A stretch of DNA of 64,000 nt from Ignavibacteria bacterium (GTDB lineage Bacteria; Bacteroidota; Ignavibacteria; Tepidaquicellales; OLB5): NCBI GenBank assembly GCA_041917655.1, contig JAYRXC010000003.1, positions 70,264 to 134,263 on the forward strand, in the 5' to 3' direction. The notes under the pieces were generated by a model. It did not search any database, had not been told where the DNA came from, and saw only the letters and a program-made list of their open reading frames with translations. Below, piece after piece: positions 46,175-56,427 of this stretch; the stretch's first letter is position 1; every line of letters starts with the position of its first letter. Position numbers and translations under genes: made by a program.

Positions 46175-49100
46175 CTACTTAAGTATTACCAGCTTCTTTA
46201 CATCCGTAAAGTCACCGGATTCCATTCTGTAGAAATATACACCGCTTGCAAATTGAGATGCGTCAAATACTGCTTCGTAGGTACCCGCAGTGCGCATTTC
46301 ATTTACAAGAGTCTTTACTTCCCTGCCCAGAATATCATAAACAACCAGCTTCACGAGCGATTGCCGCGGAACGGAATACCTGATATTCGTTACAGGGTTA
46401 AACGGATTTGGATAATTCTGTCCCAACTCAAACTTTACAGGAATCTGGTTATTGTTTACAGCAAGTATTGCATTATATATAATATTCAGGCAATATCTTT
46501 CAACATGTCCTGTATCGCTTCCTGCCTGATCGTTCACTTTAAGTATCCATTTACCGTGAACTTCAGCTCCATTATAAACATTGAGCGGCGATTCCGGCTT
46601 GTACGATCCTGTAAACGGCGCCGTTCCTGTTGAAATTGAGGCAGAAGCCGAATCATCGAACACAGTATTTATATAATTCTCACCGCTTGAACCGTGCCTG
46701 TTTGAAAGAACGACTTCAACACCTGCAGGCGAAGTTATGCTGAAAGTAATATCTCCGTCATAAGTATGGAGAAGTGTTTCCATTTTGAAATTTAGATCTA
46801 CAATTGTTCCGTACGGCACAACCATCAAGGTATCATAAGAAGTCTGGTTATCTCTTATTGGCATGTACGTATCTTTACAGAACATCTGTGCAGCCTGGTC
46901 AGTAATAAGGAACCCGTAGTAACCTGCAGCAGGCATCCTTCCAATATTATGGTTAGAAGAATTATCTACCGCCTTTACCATGTAGAATATTGAATCACCG
47001 GGTGCAACTTCAGCATTCAGTGAGTTAAACAAAGCGCTGTAATTGCTGCCTGACGTTAAATTGAGCCTGAATTTTTTGATAACCGAAGGGGTATTCTTAT
47101 ACCACTCAACCCATACACTATCAACGCCAATATTATCCGTTACACTGCTGTTAACAGTAGATGGCCACATTGGCTGACCTGTATTTCCAAGCTGTGTGTG
47201 CACTATGACAGGCGCGGTTGCGTCTACAGATGCGGAAAAACTGAAATATCCTGTGGGTGCGTCAGGAGGCAGAACAGTCACTCTCCCTGCCATATCACAG
47301 GTCTTCAGATAGTATTTATATAATGCAGGAGAACCGTTGCCCGGAATGCTTGCGCTCCAGTTATTACCTGATGAATTTGTGAGCGAAACACTATCTGCAA
47401 AAGTACTTCCGCGTGTCCAGAAGAGCTTGGTCTTTGCAGGATCAATATTTGATCCCGCAGGTGTTATCAAACAATTCACCGTGTATGGTCCGGCCAGGTT
47501 TTCGGTATTCGGCAGGCATGCATGCGAAATTACCGGGCCGTATGGTGCTTCGTAAAGTGACGGGTCACCGAGGCAGTTATACATTTCGAGGTATCTTCTC
47601 ATGTCAGTTGTAACACTGCCATAATGAAGTACGAGGTAGATCTTTGCCTGGACGAACATTGGGGCAGTCTTCTTCAATCCATCAGTGAACATTGCCCTGA
47701 AAAGCCTTCTTTCCAGGATATCATCTTCATCCCAGAATGAGTTTACGGATGAACCCCAGAACACTGAGCCGCCTTTTTGCCTGCGGATCCATGTTTCGCC
47801 AAAACACTCTGAATTCTGAAATTGACCTGTTAAGCACGCAAATGAATACACGAACGGGAAGTAGGTATTGTTCAATGAATTCACCTGCGACTGCGATAGC
47901 GGCGGGCCGTCTGCCCAGCTTGTAGTGCTGCCATGACCTGAATAGACCGCGAATACCTGGTTGGCATTAAGCGCATCAATAAGCTGCTGAGTAGTCGAGC
48001 CGTAGGTATAGGTATACAGCTTAATGTTAGCGAATGGCGGCGTAGTAAAGAAACTATCTACAACAAAGTTGTGAGTGCCTTCAGTAATGGCATGGTTATC
48101 GGTAGAAGCCATCCAAACATTCTTCTTCGGCAATGCGCCAATTGAGCTTTCCATATAAATGGTCTTATTTATTATGTTGCTAAGCTCAGACGAATTTGAA
48201 ACCGAAAAACGCCCGATGAAAGCATCCGCAAAAGCATCTCCGCCTTCAAGAAGAGTATAGTTCAGGTCTGTATGAGGGTTATCCGATCCGATGCCTGTCC
48301 ACTCGGGTAACATATTTATATCACCGGCAAGAAGTATAAACTCAGGCCGAGTTGAAATATTGTTGTACCTCTGCTGAATGTAGTTAAGAATAGCAGTTGT
48401 AGTTGTGCCTGTAGTACCTGTATTAACCATCAATACATTGTAGCCCATGCTTGATTTGTAGGAGGCGAATGGTCCCATTGCAGCCTCATATTCAGGCGGC
48501 GTAATGATGAGGTAATTATTAGTATTGGTGTATGTAATACACCCAGGGTTGACAGCAGATGCATTAAACATTTCCCTGAAAGAGCCGCCAACTGAACTGT
48601 AAGATGGCATACCTGCAGGAAGATCGATACTGATTCGCGCCGTGCGTGTTACAAACAGCTTTCCGCCTGCGGGATCATACCTGAACGGGTAAATTGTAAC
48701 CATAACTGCCTTAACACCTGCAATTACGATAGGCTCTGAGATCTTTACTAATGGATTGAAAATACTGCCGCTGGTTAAGTAGTAATCCTTATTAACAGTA
48801 AAGGGCCTGTCCTTTAGCTGTCCGGATTTCTCCCAGGGCGCCTGGGTTGGGAATATTTTTCTCTGCTGAAGTTTTTCTTCAACAGCCTGGTCTTTAACAA
48901 CAAAACCGGGTGATGATTCTGCTTTATTTATTACAAGGATGAAAGTGAGCTGAGGCAACATTGGAAGGCCTTCTTCGGGAGTGATACCATAGTTATTTAA
49001 GCTTATGATATCATATTGCTCTCCCTGCCTGGTTACAGTTTCTGTATTGTAACCCGGAAGGCTGTATTCTATTTCGTAGCCGCTTGTGGAATTTGTCAGC

Positions 49101-49192
49101 CTCAGGCCGTCTAATCCCTGCGAATATGAAACAGAACCGGCCGCCGTACATAGCAATAAAATCGCAATGACGGCCGCACTATAGCGTTTCAT
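46175..49192 (-). CDS. Peptidase C25 (gingipain-like cysteine peptidase) with a proprotein-convertase P-domain-like module and a T9SS C-terminal sorting domain
   Basis: Signal peptide present. C25-type blocks PEFILLAGDINMLPEW, VYSGHGSTTSW (catalytic His region) and FVYSFACLTGQF (catalytic Cys region). P-domain-like LLHTYDGDITFSITSPAGVEVVLSN. CTD NYPNPFNPVTNIRYSVP...GVYFYRMESGDFTDVKKLVILK. Confidence 0.85.
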   Translation of the reverse strand: MKRYSAAVIAILLLCTAAGSVSYSQGLDGLRLTNSTSGYEIEYSLPGYNTETVTRQGEQYDIISLNNYGITPEEGLPMLPQLTFILVINKAESSPGFVVKDQAVEEKLQQRKIFPTQAPWEKSGQLKDRPFTVNKDYYLTSGSIFNPLVKISEPIVIAGVKAVMVTIYPFRYDPAGGKLFVTRTARISIDLPAGMPSYSSVGGSFREMFNASAVNPGCITYTNTNNYLIITPPEYEAAMGPFASYKSSMGYNVLMVNTGTTGTTTTAILNYIQQRYNNISTRPEFILLAGDINMLPEWTGIGSDNPHTDLNYTLLEGGDAFADAFIGRFSVSNSSELSNIINKTIYMESSIGALPKKNVWMASTDNHAITEGTHNFVVDSFFTTPPFANIKLYTYTYGSTTQQLIDALNANQVFAVYSGHGSTTSWADGPPLSQSQVNSLNNTYFPFVYSFACLTGQFQNSECFGETWIRRQKGGSVFWGSSVNSFWDEDDILERRLFRAMFTDGLKKTAPMFVQAKIYLVLHYGSVTTDMRRYLEMYNCLGDPSLYEAPYGPVISHACLPNTENLAGPYTVNCLITPAGSNIDPAKTKLFWTRGSTFADSVSLTNSSGNNWSASIPGNGSPALYKYYLKTCDMAGRVTVLPPDAPTGYFSFSASVDATAPVIVHTQLGNTGQPMWPSTVNSSVTDNIGVDSVWVEWYKNTPSVIKKFRLNLTSGSNYSALFNSLNAEVAPGDSIFYMVKAVDNSSNHNIGRMPAAGYYGFLITDQAAQMFCKDTYMPIRDNQTSYDTLMVVPYGTIVDLNFKMETLLHTYDGDITFSITSPAGVEVVLSNRHGSSGENYINTVFDDSASASISTGTAPFTGSYKPESPLNVYNGAEVHGKWILKVNDQAGSDTGHVERYCLNIIYNAILAVNNNQIPVKFELGQNYPNPFNPVTNIRYSVPRQSLVKLVVYDILGREVKTLVNEMRTAGTYEAVFDASQFASGVYFYRMESGDFTDVKKLVILK

Positions 49193-49526
49193 GGTTCTTA
49201 GCTCCTGGTGTAAGAATTATTTTAAAGAACGTTTATTACACCATTACAAATATAATCTATAAATACAGTTAAAAGTATGAAATTTTGGTTACAGAATGGA
49301 ACTAAAGTGATCCAATCTGACCCGTCTCAAAGATATATAGAACCTGAATAATATAAGCCAATGAATAAAAAGTTCATTTATAGATCAAAATATTGTTTCA
49401 ACAATGTTTCAATCCGGGTTTAAATGGTATTCAAATTTTGAACATAGAAATACCGCATAAAAATGACTAATTTACATTTATATATTGAAATTACTTGACG
49501 ATATTTAACGAAGCAAACACCAATTT

Positions 49527-51338
49527 ATGAATCTGCCTGAAGGATATAACGGGAAGCTGTATTCTTTAATTGAAGAAGCACAAAGGATCAAAGTTAATGA
49601 GCCTCAAAAAGCACTTGAGCAGGCAAATTTTGTTTATGTTCAGGCATTAAAATCTGCAGATGAGGAACTTGAAGCTTTGTGCCTCTACACACTGGGAGTG
49701 TGTAACGAACTGCTGGCAAACTACCCCCAGGCAATGACATTCCTTTCCGAAGCGATCAAGCTCTCTCAGCATCTGGGCAATAAAAGGGTCATGGGTGATT
49801 CACTCAACTGTGTTGGGATAATCCATGACAACCTCAACAATTATTCCAATGCATTAAAAGCTTATTTCAGGGCATTGAAGCTCTATGAAGAGCTTAAAGA
49901 CAACAAAAAGATCGCGATTGTACTTTCCAATATTGGCCTTATATATACAAATATCAAAGATTACCGCAACGCCCTGAAATTCTATTCCCAGGCACTCGAC
50001 CTGGCCGAAGAGGAAAATGACAGTGAATCATTGCTTGTGACTAATATTAATATCGGCTTAACACATACTCTTCTGGGAAATTTTGATGAAGCATTAAAGT
50101 TTTTATATGATGCTCTTGATTTTGCCGCGAGAAATAATGACAGGCGGCGAAGTTCCATTACTCTTGATCATATTGCAGAGACAAACATTAAGCTGGAAAA
50201 GAACGATGAGGCTTATCGGCTTTTTGAAGAAAGCCGTAAGATCAAGGAAGAGCTTGATGATAAACGCGGACTTGTGAAGGTATTGGGTACAATTGGCCAT
50301 ATGAACCTTGTTGAAAACAAGGTTGAAGAAGCGAAAGCCAACCTCGAAAAGGCACTTGAAATTGCAGACAGGCTCGGGATGAAAAGATCGATCCACGAGC
50401 TGCATAAAATGCTGAGCGAATCTTATGAAAAAATGGGAGATGCAGAAAATGCGCTAATGCATCTAAAGATCGCATACAGGAAAGAAATTGAGCTGCTAAA
50501 TGAGGAGGCTGAGCTGAGGGCAAAAAACATCTCAACGCAGCTGGAGATTGAACAGGCACAAAAAGAAGCAGAGATCCAGAGGCTGAAAAATATTGAACTT
50601 GCGCAGGCCCTTGAAGATGTAAAAAAACTCAATGTAAACCTGAAAGAGCTAAATGACGAGAAAAATGAGTTCATGGCAATTGCAGTCCATGACCTGAAAA
50701 ACCCGCTGCAGAATATTTTATCTACAGCCAGAATAATGAAAAGGTCCGATGATTTGCCTAAAGAAGAGCTCGATGAGTTCACGTCTAATATTGTAAGTCA
50801 AACAGACAGGATGTTCAACATCATAAAGAAACTGCTTGATCACAATGCAATCGACCAGGGAGAGTTGAAAATTAAGGAATCGAATTTTGATGTTAATTCC
50901 CTTTGCGATGAGCTTGCCGAAAACTTCAGAGAAGAAGCCGAAAGAAAATTTCTCGAGATCAAGCTGGATAAATTTCCAGAAGAGCTGAATGTAAGAACTG
51001 ATAAGGTCATTCTTTATGAGATACTGCAGAATCTGATTTCAAACGCGATAAAATTTTCGCCACAGCACAAACATATCTTTTTAGGTACTTATGCAGATGA
51101 AGATTCAGTACGTATAGAAGTCAGAGATGAGGGCCCCGGATTCAGCGACGCTGATAAGTCTAAAATGTTCAACAAATTTGCACGTTTGAGCGCAAAACCA
51201 ACCGGCAATGAACATTCAACCGGCCTGGGTCTTTCTATAGTTAAGAAATTATGCGAATTGGCAGGGGCAAGGCTGAAGCTCGAATCTGTTGAGTCTCAAG
51301 GCGCTAAATTCATTATCTCTCTCAAAAGACAGAATTAA
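49527..51338 (+). CDS. Cytoplasmic TPR-repeat sensor histidine kinase (paralog 1 of 3)
   Basis: No TM segments. TPR array of about 300 aa, then a coiled coil. H-box FMAIAVHDLKNPL, N-box NLISNAIKFSP, G1 RDEGPGF, G2 STGLGLSIVKKL. Confidence 0.85.
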   Translation: MNLPEGYNGKLYSLIEEAQRIKVNEPQKALEQANFVYVQALKSADEELEALCLYTLGVCNELLANYPQAMTFLSEAIKLSQHLGNKRVMGDSLNCVGIIHDNLNNYSNALKAYFRALKLYEELKDNKKIAIVLSNIGLIYTNIKDYRNALKFYSQALDLAEEENDSESLLVTNINIGLTHTLLGNFDEALKFLYDALDFAARNNDRRRSSITLDHIAETNIKLEKNDEAYRLFEESRKIKEELDDKRGLVKVLGTIGHMNLVENKVEEAKANLEKALEIADRLGMKRSIHELHKMLSESYEKMGDAENALMHLKIAYRKEIELLNEEAELRAKNISTQLEIEQAQKEAEIQRLKNIELAQALEDVKKLNVNLKELNDEKNEFMAIAVHDLKNPLQNILSTARIMKRSDDLPKEELDEFTSNIVSQTDRMFNIIKKLLDHNAIDQGELKIKESNFDVNSLCDELAENFREEAERKFLEIKLDKFPEELNVRTDKVILYEILQNLISNAIKFSPQHKHIFLGTYADEDSVRIEVRDEGPGFSDADKSKMFNKFARLSAKPTGNEHSTGLGLSIVKKLCELAGARLKLESVESQGAKFIISLKRQN

Positions 51339-51418
51339 AGAACGGAAATAACAGCAGTTTTAATCTAACTTGTTTACGTTATTCCAATTCTTTCAAAGCC
51401 TTATAAATTACACTTAGA

Positions 51419-53188
51419 ATGAAACCAAATCTTGCAGAAATCACCAATAAAGCAGAAGAAATGAGGGAAAGCAACCCTTCAGGATCTTTAGAATTGTATC
51501 AGGAAGCCCTTAAACTTGCGAAATCAAGTAAGAAGGACAGAGAGGTCGTGGAAATCCTGTTTAATACAGGGGTCGTATACCACAACTTGGCAAACCACAG
51601 CGCCGCCAAAACTCATTTCTTCGAAGCTCTTGAAAATCCTTACATTAACCAGGATATGTTCCTCAAAGCAAACATCCTGCGCTGCATGGCGGTACAATAT
51701 GTATGTACTAACATGCTGCAGGAAGCTATTGACTACCTTTACAGCAGTGAAAGAGTGAGCGTTGAATGCGGATATGATGAGAATATCCACATGATAGAAT
51801 CAACTATGGGATCGGTGTATATTCAGCTGAAAATGTTCGATAAAGCGCTGGAGCATGAATTGAGATCTCTTGAAATTGCAGAAAAACTCGACTCTGGCTC
51901 AATGAGAAGTTATTCGTACCTGGGAATTGGCTCATGTTATTACCTTTTAAATAATCTTGATGATGCTGAGAAATTCCTCTTAAGAGTCTTTGAAAACGAA
52001 ACGACTGAATTCACAAAGGCGAACACTTACTATTATTTATCAAAGCTGAACTATGATAAGAGGAATTTCAGGGAAGCAATGCGCACAGCAGAAAAGGGAT
52101 ATGATATAGCAATAGCAAACCATATCCAGGACTACACCGCATTGTGCCTTGCGATGAAGGGAAATATTTACCTGGCGGAAGGCAATCATGAAGCGGCGCT
52201 TCGCGATCTTGAAGAAGCAATTGGACTTGCAGAAACTTTTGAGAACAAAAGAATTTTTTTCAGGCTGTACAGGTCGCTGATAAAATTATATGACAAAACC
52301 GGCGACTACAAGAGCAAGGCAGAAGCCTACTCAAAGCTATATGAGTATCACGTTGAGTATCTTGAAAACCAATCCAAGCTGAAAATAAAACAGCTCAACA
52401 GCGAGCACCTTGTTGAGAAAGCAAAAGACGAAGCCGAGATCGAAAGACTTAAAAATGTTGAACTGCGCAAAGCATTGGAAAAGGTGAACCGCCTTAACGG
52501 AGAGCTTGCGGAACTGAACTCAGAAAAAAATGAATTCATGGCAGTAGCGGTTCATGATCTTAAGAACCCGCTTCAGAATATTTTATCTACAGCAAGGATG
52601 ATAAAAAGATCAAACCCGGGTAAGGAAAATACCGAGTTCGCGGAAAACATTATTCAGCAGACTGACAGGATGTTCAGCCTGATAAGTAAACTGCTTAGCC
52701 ACAATGCAGTCGAAGAAGGAAAAATCCGAATAAGCAGAAGCGAATTTAAGGCTGAATCTATCTGCAGGGATATAATGAATGACTACCGCGAAGCTGCGGC
52801 GAGAAAGAAAGTTGAGCTTAGGTTCGAAAACGGCTGCAATGGGCACAAGCTGTTCACTGATTATGATATTTTGTTTGAGATCATGGGCAACATTGTATCC
52901 AATGCCGTAAAATTCTCTCCGCAGAATACGAAAGTACTGCTTAAGACTTTTCAGGATGCAGGGAATGTTTTGTTTGAGGTTACAGACGAGGGCCCTGGAT
53001 TTAATGATGAAGATAAATCACGGTTATTCAGGAAATTTTCAAAATTGAGCGCAAAGCCAACCATGGGTGAAAGCTCGACTGGGCTTGGACTTTCAATAGT
53101 TAAGAAGCTGTGTAAGCTGATTGATGCCGAAATACTGCTTGAGAGCAGTCCGGGAAAAGGATCAAGTTTCCGTGTAAAAGTTGGTTAA
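51419..53188 (+). CDS. Cytoplasmic TPR-repeat sensor histidine kinase (paralog 2 of 3)
   Basis: Same architecture. H-box FMAVAVHDLKNPLQNILSTARMIKRS, and transmitter blocks NIVSNAVKFSP, TDEGPGF and STGLGLSIVKKL. Confidence 0.85.
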   Translation: MKPNLAEITNKAEEMRESNPSGSLELYQEALKLAKSSKKDREVVEILFNTGVVYHNLANHSAAKTHFFEALENPYINQDMFLKANILRCMAVQYVCTNMLQEAIDYLYSSERVSVECGYDENIHMIESTMGSVYIQLKMFDKALEHELRSLEIAEKLDSGSMRSYSYLGIGSCYYLLNNLDDAEKFLLRVFENETTEFTKANTYYYLSKLNYDKRNFREAMRTAEKGYDIAIANHIQDYTALCLAMKGNIYLAEGNHEAALRDLEEAIGLAETFENKRIFFRLYRSLIKLYDKTGDYKSKAEAYSKLYEYHVEYLENQSKLKIKQLNSEHLVEKAKDEAEIERLKNVELRKALEKVNRLNGELAELNSEKNEFMAVAVHDLKNPLQNILSTARMIKRSNPGKENTEFAENIIQQTDRMFSLISKLLSHNAVEEGKIRISRSEFKAESICRDIMNDYREAAARKKVELRFENGCNGHKLFTDYDILFEIMGNIVSNAVKFSPQNTKVLLKTFQDAGNVLFEVTDEGPGFNDEDKSRLFRKFSKLSAKPTMGESSTGLGLSIVKKLCKLIDAEILLESSPGKGSSFRVKVG

Positions 53189-53303
53189 GTAAAGGAGAAT
53201 TGAATACCTTTTTCATTGTATATTCCCCCAAAAATTTACTATTTTGTGCACAATTCTTAATTCCTTTTAAAACTATGCAGAGCTTATCAGTACATTACTC
53301 TTT

Positions 53304-55082
53304 ATGAACAGCATTCGTAAACAAATTGATGATGCACTACTTGTAAGGCAAACCAACCCCGGAGAAGCCCTCCGTATATTTGAAAATGCACTCAGGGATG
53401 CGATTGAAGCAAAGGATGAGGAAAACATCACCGCTGCTTATTTTAACATAGCGATAGCTTACCTTAATCTATGCAATTATAAGGAATCGCTCAGGTATTT
53501 TGTTGCAGCGTCAGAAACACCTTATGCCGCAAGAGATAAAAAACTATATGCGGAAATTCTCAGGGGATTTGGTTCAAACTATTCCCGCACCTATAACTAT
53601 AAAGAAGCTCTCCGGTATTACTCGCTTTCTGAACAGGTTAGTATCGAATCAGGAAATACTCATAATCTTTACCATACCTACATGGCATTCGGCTCTTTGT
53701 TTAACAGGCTGAAGCTAATCGAGAAAACACTTGAATACTCCCTTAAGGCGCTTGCAATAGCCCGTGATATGAACGATAAGAGCGATATCCAGTATTCGCT
53801 TATGTCTATTGGCGCATGTCATTACCAGCTTCATAATTTTCCGGAAGGCGAAAAGTATCTGCTGCAATCCCTGGAATACTCGTCGAACCATTTCGCAGAA
53901 GCAAATGCGTATCATTTTTTATCACTCATCTTTTATGAGAAAGGAAATATCGCCGAATCAAAAACGCTTTCAAACCGCCAGGTTGAAATATGCAGGCAGA
54001 ATAATTATCCGGAGTTTGAAGCCCTTGCTTACAGGTTCATGGGCGATGCGATGATGAAAGAAGGCAGCATTGACGCGGCTTTGGAATACTTTAACAAAGC
54101 TCTTTCACTTCTGGAACAAATAGGGGAGAAACTGATAAAATTCACAGTCAAAAAAAGAATGATAGAAGCTTATGAGCAAATGGGCGGAAACGAAAAGACC
54201 ACAGAACTTTACAGTTCTCTTTACAGCGAACATGTTGAACACCTGGAGCAGAACATAATGTTCAGGATCGAACAGATCAATGTTCAGCAGGAAACCGAGA
54301 AGATCAAAGGTGAAATAGAAGCAGAAAGAGAAACCAATAAGAAGCTCAAACAGGCAATTGATGAAGTTAACGCTTTGAACATTAAGCTGCAGAATCTGCA
54401 TGATGAAAAAAATGAACTCATGGGCATTCTTGCACATGACCTGAAGAATCCACTTCAGAGTATATATTCAGCAGGAAGGCTTTTAGAAAACTATAAAGAT
54501 AATATCAGCATACTGGATGAGCTTGGCTCAAACATCAAGACTCAATCCGAAAGGATGTTCAGACTCATAAACAGGCTCCTTGATTACAGGGCTATAGAAG
54601 AAGGACAAGTCATCGCCGGAATTACTCAAACAGATCCACGTGCAATTTGCAAAAGGATAGTTGAAGACTTCACTCCTATTGCCGCCCAGAAGTCAATACG
54701 GCTCGAATACTCAATCGAAGCTGAAAATACTCTCATCAAAACAGACGCAGAACTTCTGTACCAGGTGGTAGAAAACCTGACTTCCAATGCTATTAAGTTC
54801 TCGCCGTTTGAGAAAACGATATATATAAGATGCAGGAAAAAAGGAAACTATTTCCTAATTGAGATTGAAGACCAGGGTCCCGGTTTTACGGAAAAGGATA
54901 AGCAGAAGCTTTTTTCAAGCTTTGCGAAGCTGAGTGCGCAGCCGACTGGAAGTGAACACTCTACCGGCCTTGGCCTGGCGATCGCAAAAAAACTTTGTGA
55001 TATGATAGGCGCGAGGCTTTCACTTACGTCATCGCCGGGTGAAGGCGCCAAATTTACGATCACCCTGGAGAAAGTAAACTGA
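53304..55082 (+). CDS. Cytoplasmic TPR-repeat sensor histidine kinase (paralog 3 of 3)
   Basis: Same architecture. H-box LMGILAHDLKNPLQSI, and transmitter blocks NLTSNAIKFSP, EDQGPGF and STGLGLAIAKKL. Confidence 0.85.
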   Translation: MNSIRKQIDDALLVRQTNPGEALRIFENALRDAIEAKDEENITAAYFNIAIAYLNLCNYKESLRYFVAASETPYAARDKKLYAEILRGFGSNYSRTYNYKEALRYYSLSEQVSIESGNTHNLYHTYMAFGSLFNRLKLIEKTLEYSLKALAIARDMNDKSDIQYSLMSIGACHYQLHNFPEGEKYLLQSLEYSSNHFAEANAYHFLSLIFYEKGNIAESKTLSNRQVEICRQNNYPEFEALAYRFMGDAMMKEGSIDAALEYFNKALSLLEQIGEKLIKFTVKKRMIEAYEQMGGNEKTTELYSSLYSEHVEHLEQNIMFRIEQINVQQETEKIKGEIEAERETNKKLKQAIDEVNALNIKLQNLHDEKNELMGILAHDLKNPLQSIYSAGRLLENYKDNISILDELGSNIKTQSERMFRLINRLLDYRAIEEGQVIAGITQTDPRAICKRIVEDFTPIAAQKSIRLEYSIEAENTLIKTDAELLYQVVENLTSNAIKFSPFEKTIYIRCRKKGNYFLIEIEDQGPGFTEKDKQKLFSSFAKLSAQPTGSEHSTGLGLAIAKKLCDMIGARLSLTSSPGEGAKFTITLEKVN

Positions 55083-55441
55083 TGCCTGGATACAAACTGC
55101 AGGATAAACCGTTTGTCGTTCCCGTTAATGACGGAAAGCTTATTGAAGAGTTTTTCGGCCTGGCAAGCATTGAGGCCTCAGGGATCAGCTTTGCGCATAT
55201 GGTTGCGCCGCCGGGCTGGAGCGAGCCGTTCCAAACTCCTGAATTCGACGAGATCACTTACATTATATCAGGCAGGAAACAGTTTGAGGTTGATGGTGAA
55301 GTGATAGTGCTTGAAAAGAACAAAGCGATATGCATTTACAGGAACACGAGAGTAAGATACTCAAACCCATTTGATGAGCCGGTTGAATACATTTCAGTAT
55401 GTATTCCGGCATTTTCAATTGATAAAGTGAACCGTGAATAA
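55082..55441 (+). CDS. Cupin-domain protein, translationally coupled to kinase 3
   Basis: The start overlaps the kinase stop (TGATG). Cupin-like strands run GWSEP...FDEITYIISGRKQFEVDGEVIVLEKNKAICI. Confidence 0.6.
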   Translation: MPGYKLQDKPFVVPVNDGKLIEEFFGLASIEASGISFAHMVAPPGWSEPFQTPEFDEITYIISGRKQFEVDGEVIVLEKNKAICIYRNTRVRYSNPFDEPVEYISVCIPAFSIDKVNRE

Positions 55442-55462
55442 CGGGAAACGAATAAGTTCTAT

Positions 55463-55497
55463 AAAAAAATTGGCCGCTTCACGCGGCCTTTGATTTA
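55463..55497. terminator. Bidirectional rho-independent terminator
   Basis: A7, the GGCCGC-TTCAC-GCGGCC stem-loop, then TTTGATTT. Confidence 0.7.
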
Positions 55498-55533
55498 AGA
55501 TTTTCTTATACTTTATAAATTCCTTCCTCAATC

Positions 55534-56004
55534 TCAGTTGAATCGCTTGCCGGGATCCGTCCAGCTGAAAATATTCCTGAACTTTCCTTCAAAATTAGGG
55601 TACTCAACAATTTTGTGGCTTGTGCAAGAGAGGATCGTATCGCATCCATATGTGCCCAGTACTAAAGGTACTTCATTTTGCACTCTGGGGTATGAAGACC
55701 ATGTAGCGGCAATGTAATATCTTCCTGAAGGCACGCCGTCCATATCATATGAAGTTTCGTAAAGATGATCTCTTTTTGTAAGCCGAAGTGTATCTGTCCT
55801 GACCGGTATCCTTGTAAACGGACTTGAGCTATCGGCGCTGAAAAGTGATATTGAATAGAATCCGCCCGTAAGGTATAGGTTTGAATCGACATGTGTAACA
55901 TAACCCGTCAGCTTATCGCCGGGCCTGTTCATCTCCATTGGGTTATCGCAGGCGACGATAACAAGTAATGTAAAGAGTATTATGTATGTTATGTATTTCA
56001 TCAT
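55534..56004 (-). CDS. Hypothetical lipoprotein
   Basis: MMKYITYIILFTLLVIVAC lipobox. Confidence 0.55.
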   Translation of the reverse strand: MMKYITYIILFTLLVIVACDNPMEMNRPGDKLTGYVTHVDSNLYLTGGFYSISLFSADSSSPFTRIPVRTDTLRLTKRDHLYETSYDMDGVPSGRYYIAATWSSYPRVQNEVPLVLGTYGCDTILSCTSHKIVEYPNFEGKFRNIFSWTDPGKRFN

Positions 56005-56085
56005 GTTTTAATATGATGAAACTAAGCTACTAGCACCATAACGGTATTGGTTATTTTACGATAGTATAACTCAGCTACTACTCAA

Positions 56086-56397
56086 TTATAATATCTTGAA
56101 AATCTCCCACTTCTGAGTCCCCGGTACTATATACCCGGAAATTTGTTCCGCAAATTTTTTGAATTGAGGCTGTGACATTCCCGCTAAAGCTTCTTCAAAA
56201 TCACCGAGAGATTCAAACACATACTCATCCACTATATGTGATGCAGATCTGCCTGCATAGCCGCAATACACTCTGCATCCTGTAGATCTTGAAAATGCTG
56301 AGCTCTTCATCTTTTCAGCTCCCCACTCCCTGATAATCTTCATAACTTCAGATTGCTTTCCGAAAACAATATCAAACGACCATTGGCATAAATACAT
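56086..56397 (-). CDS. Small hypothetical cytoplasmic protein
   Basis: An ORF in an operon-like array. No motif was recognised. Confidence 0.4.
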   Translation of the reverse strand: MYLCQWSFDIVFGKQSEVMKIIREWGAEKMKSSAFSRSTGCRVYCGYAGRSASHIVDEYVFESLGDFEEALAGMSQPQFKKFAEQISGYIVPGTQKWEIFKIL

Positions 56398-56427
56398 TTA
56401 GTACCTCCTGTTTAGTTCTTTTCCAGT

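Noticed and set aside
46080-49192. An integrated element downstream of the duplicated tRNA 3' end
   Set aside because: The repeats enclose only 64 bp. The next gene is a convergent, terminator-bounded T9SS C25 peptidase typical of the host lineage. No integrase, excisionase or phage genes are present.
49527-55082. Detocs-like or other phosphorelay defence system built on TPR-histidine kinases
   Set aside because: No receiver-domain buffer protein or receiver-effector gene lies adjacent or anywhere in the window. Three kinases alone do not meet the architecture.
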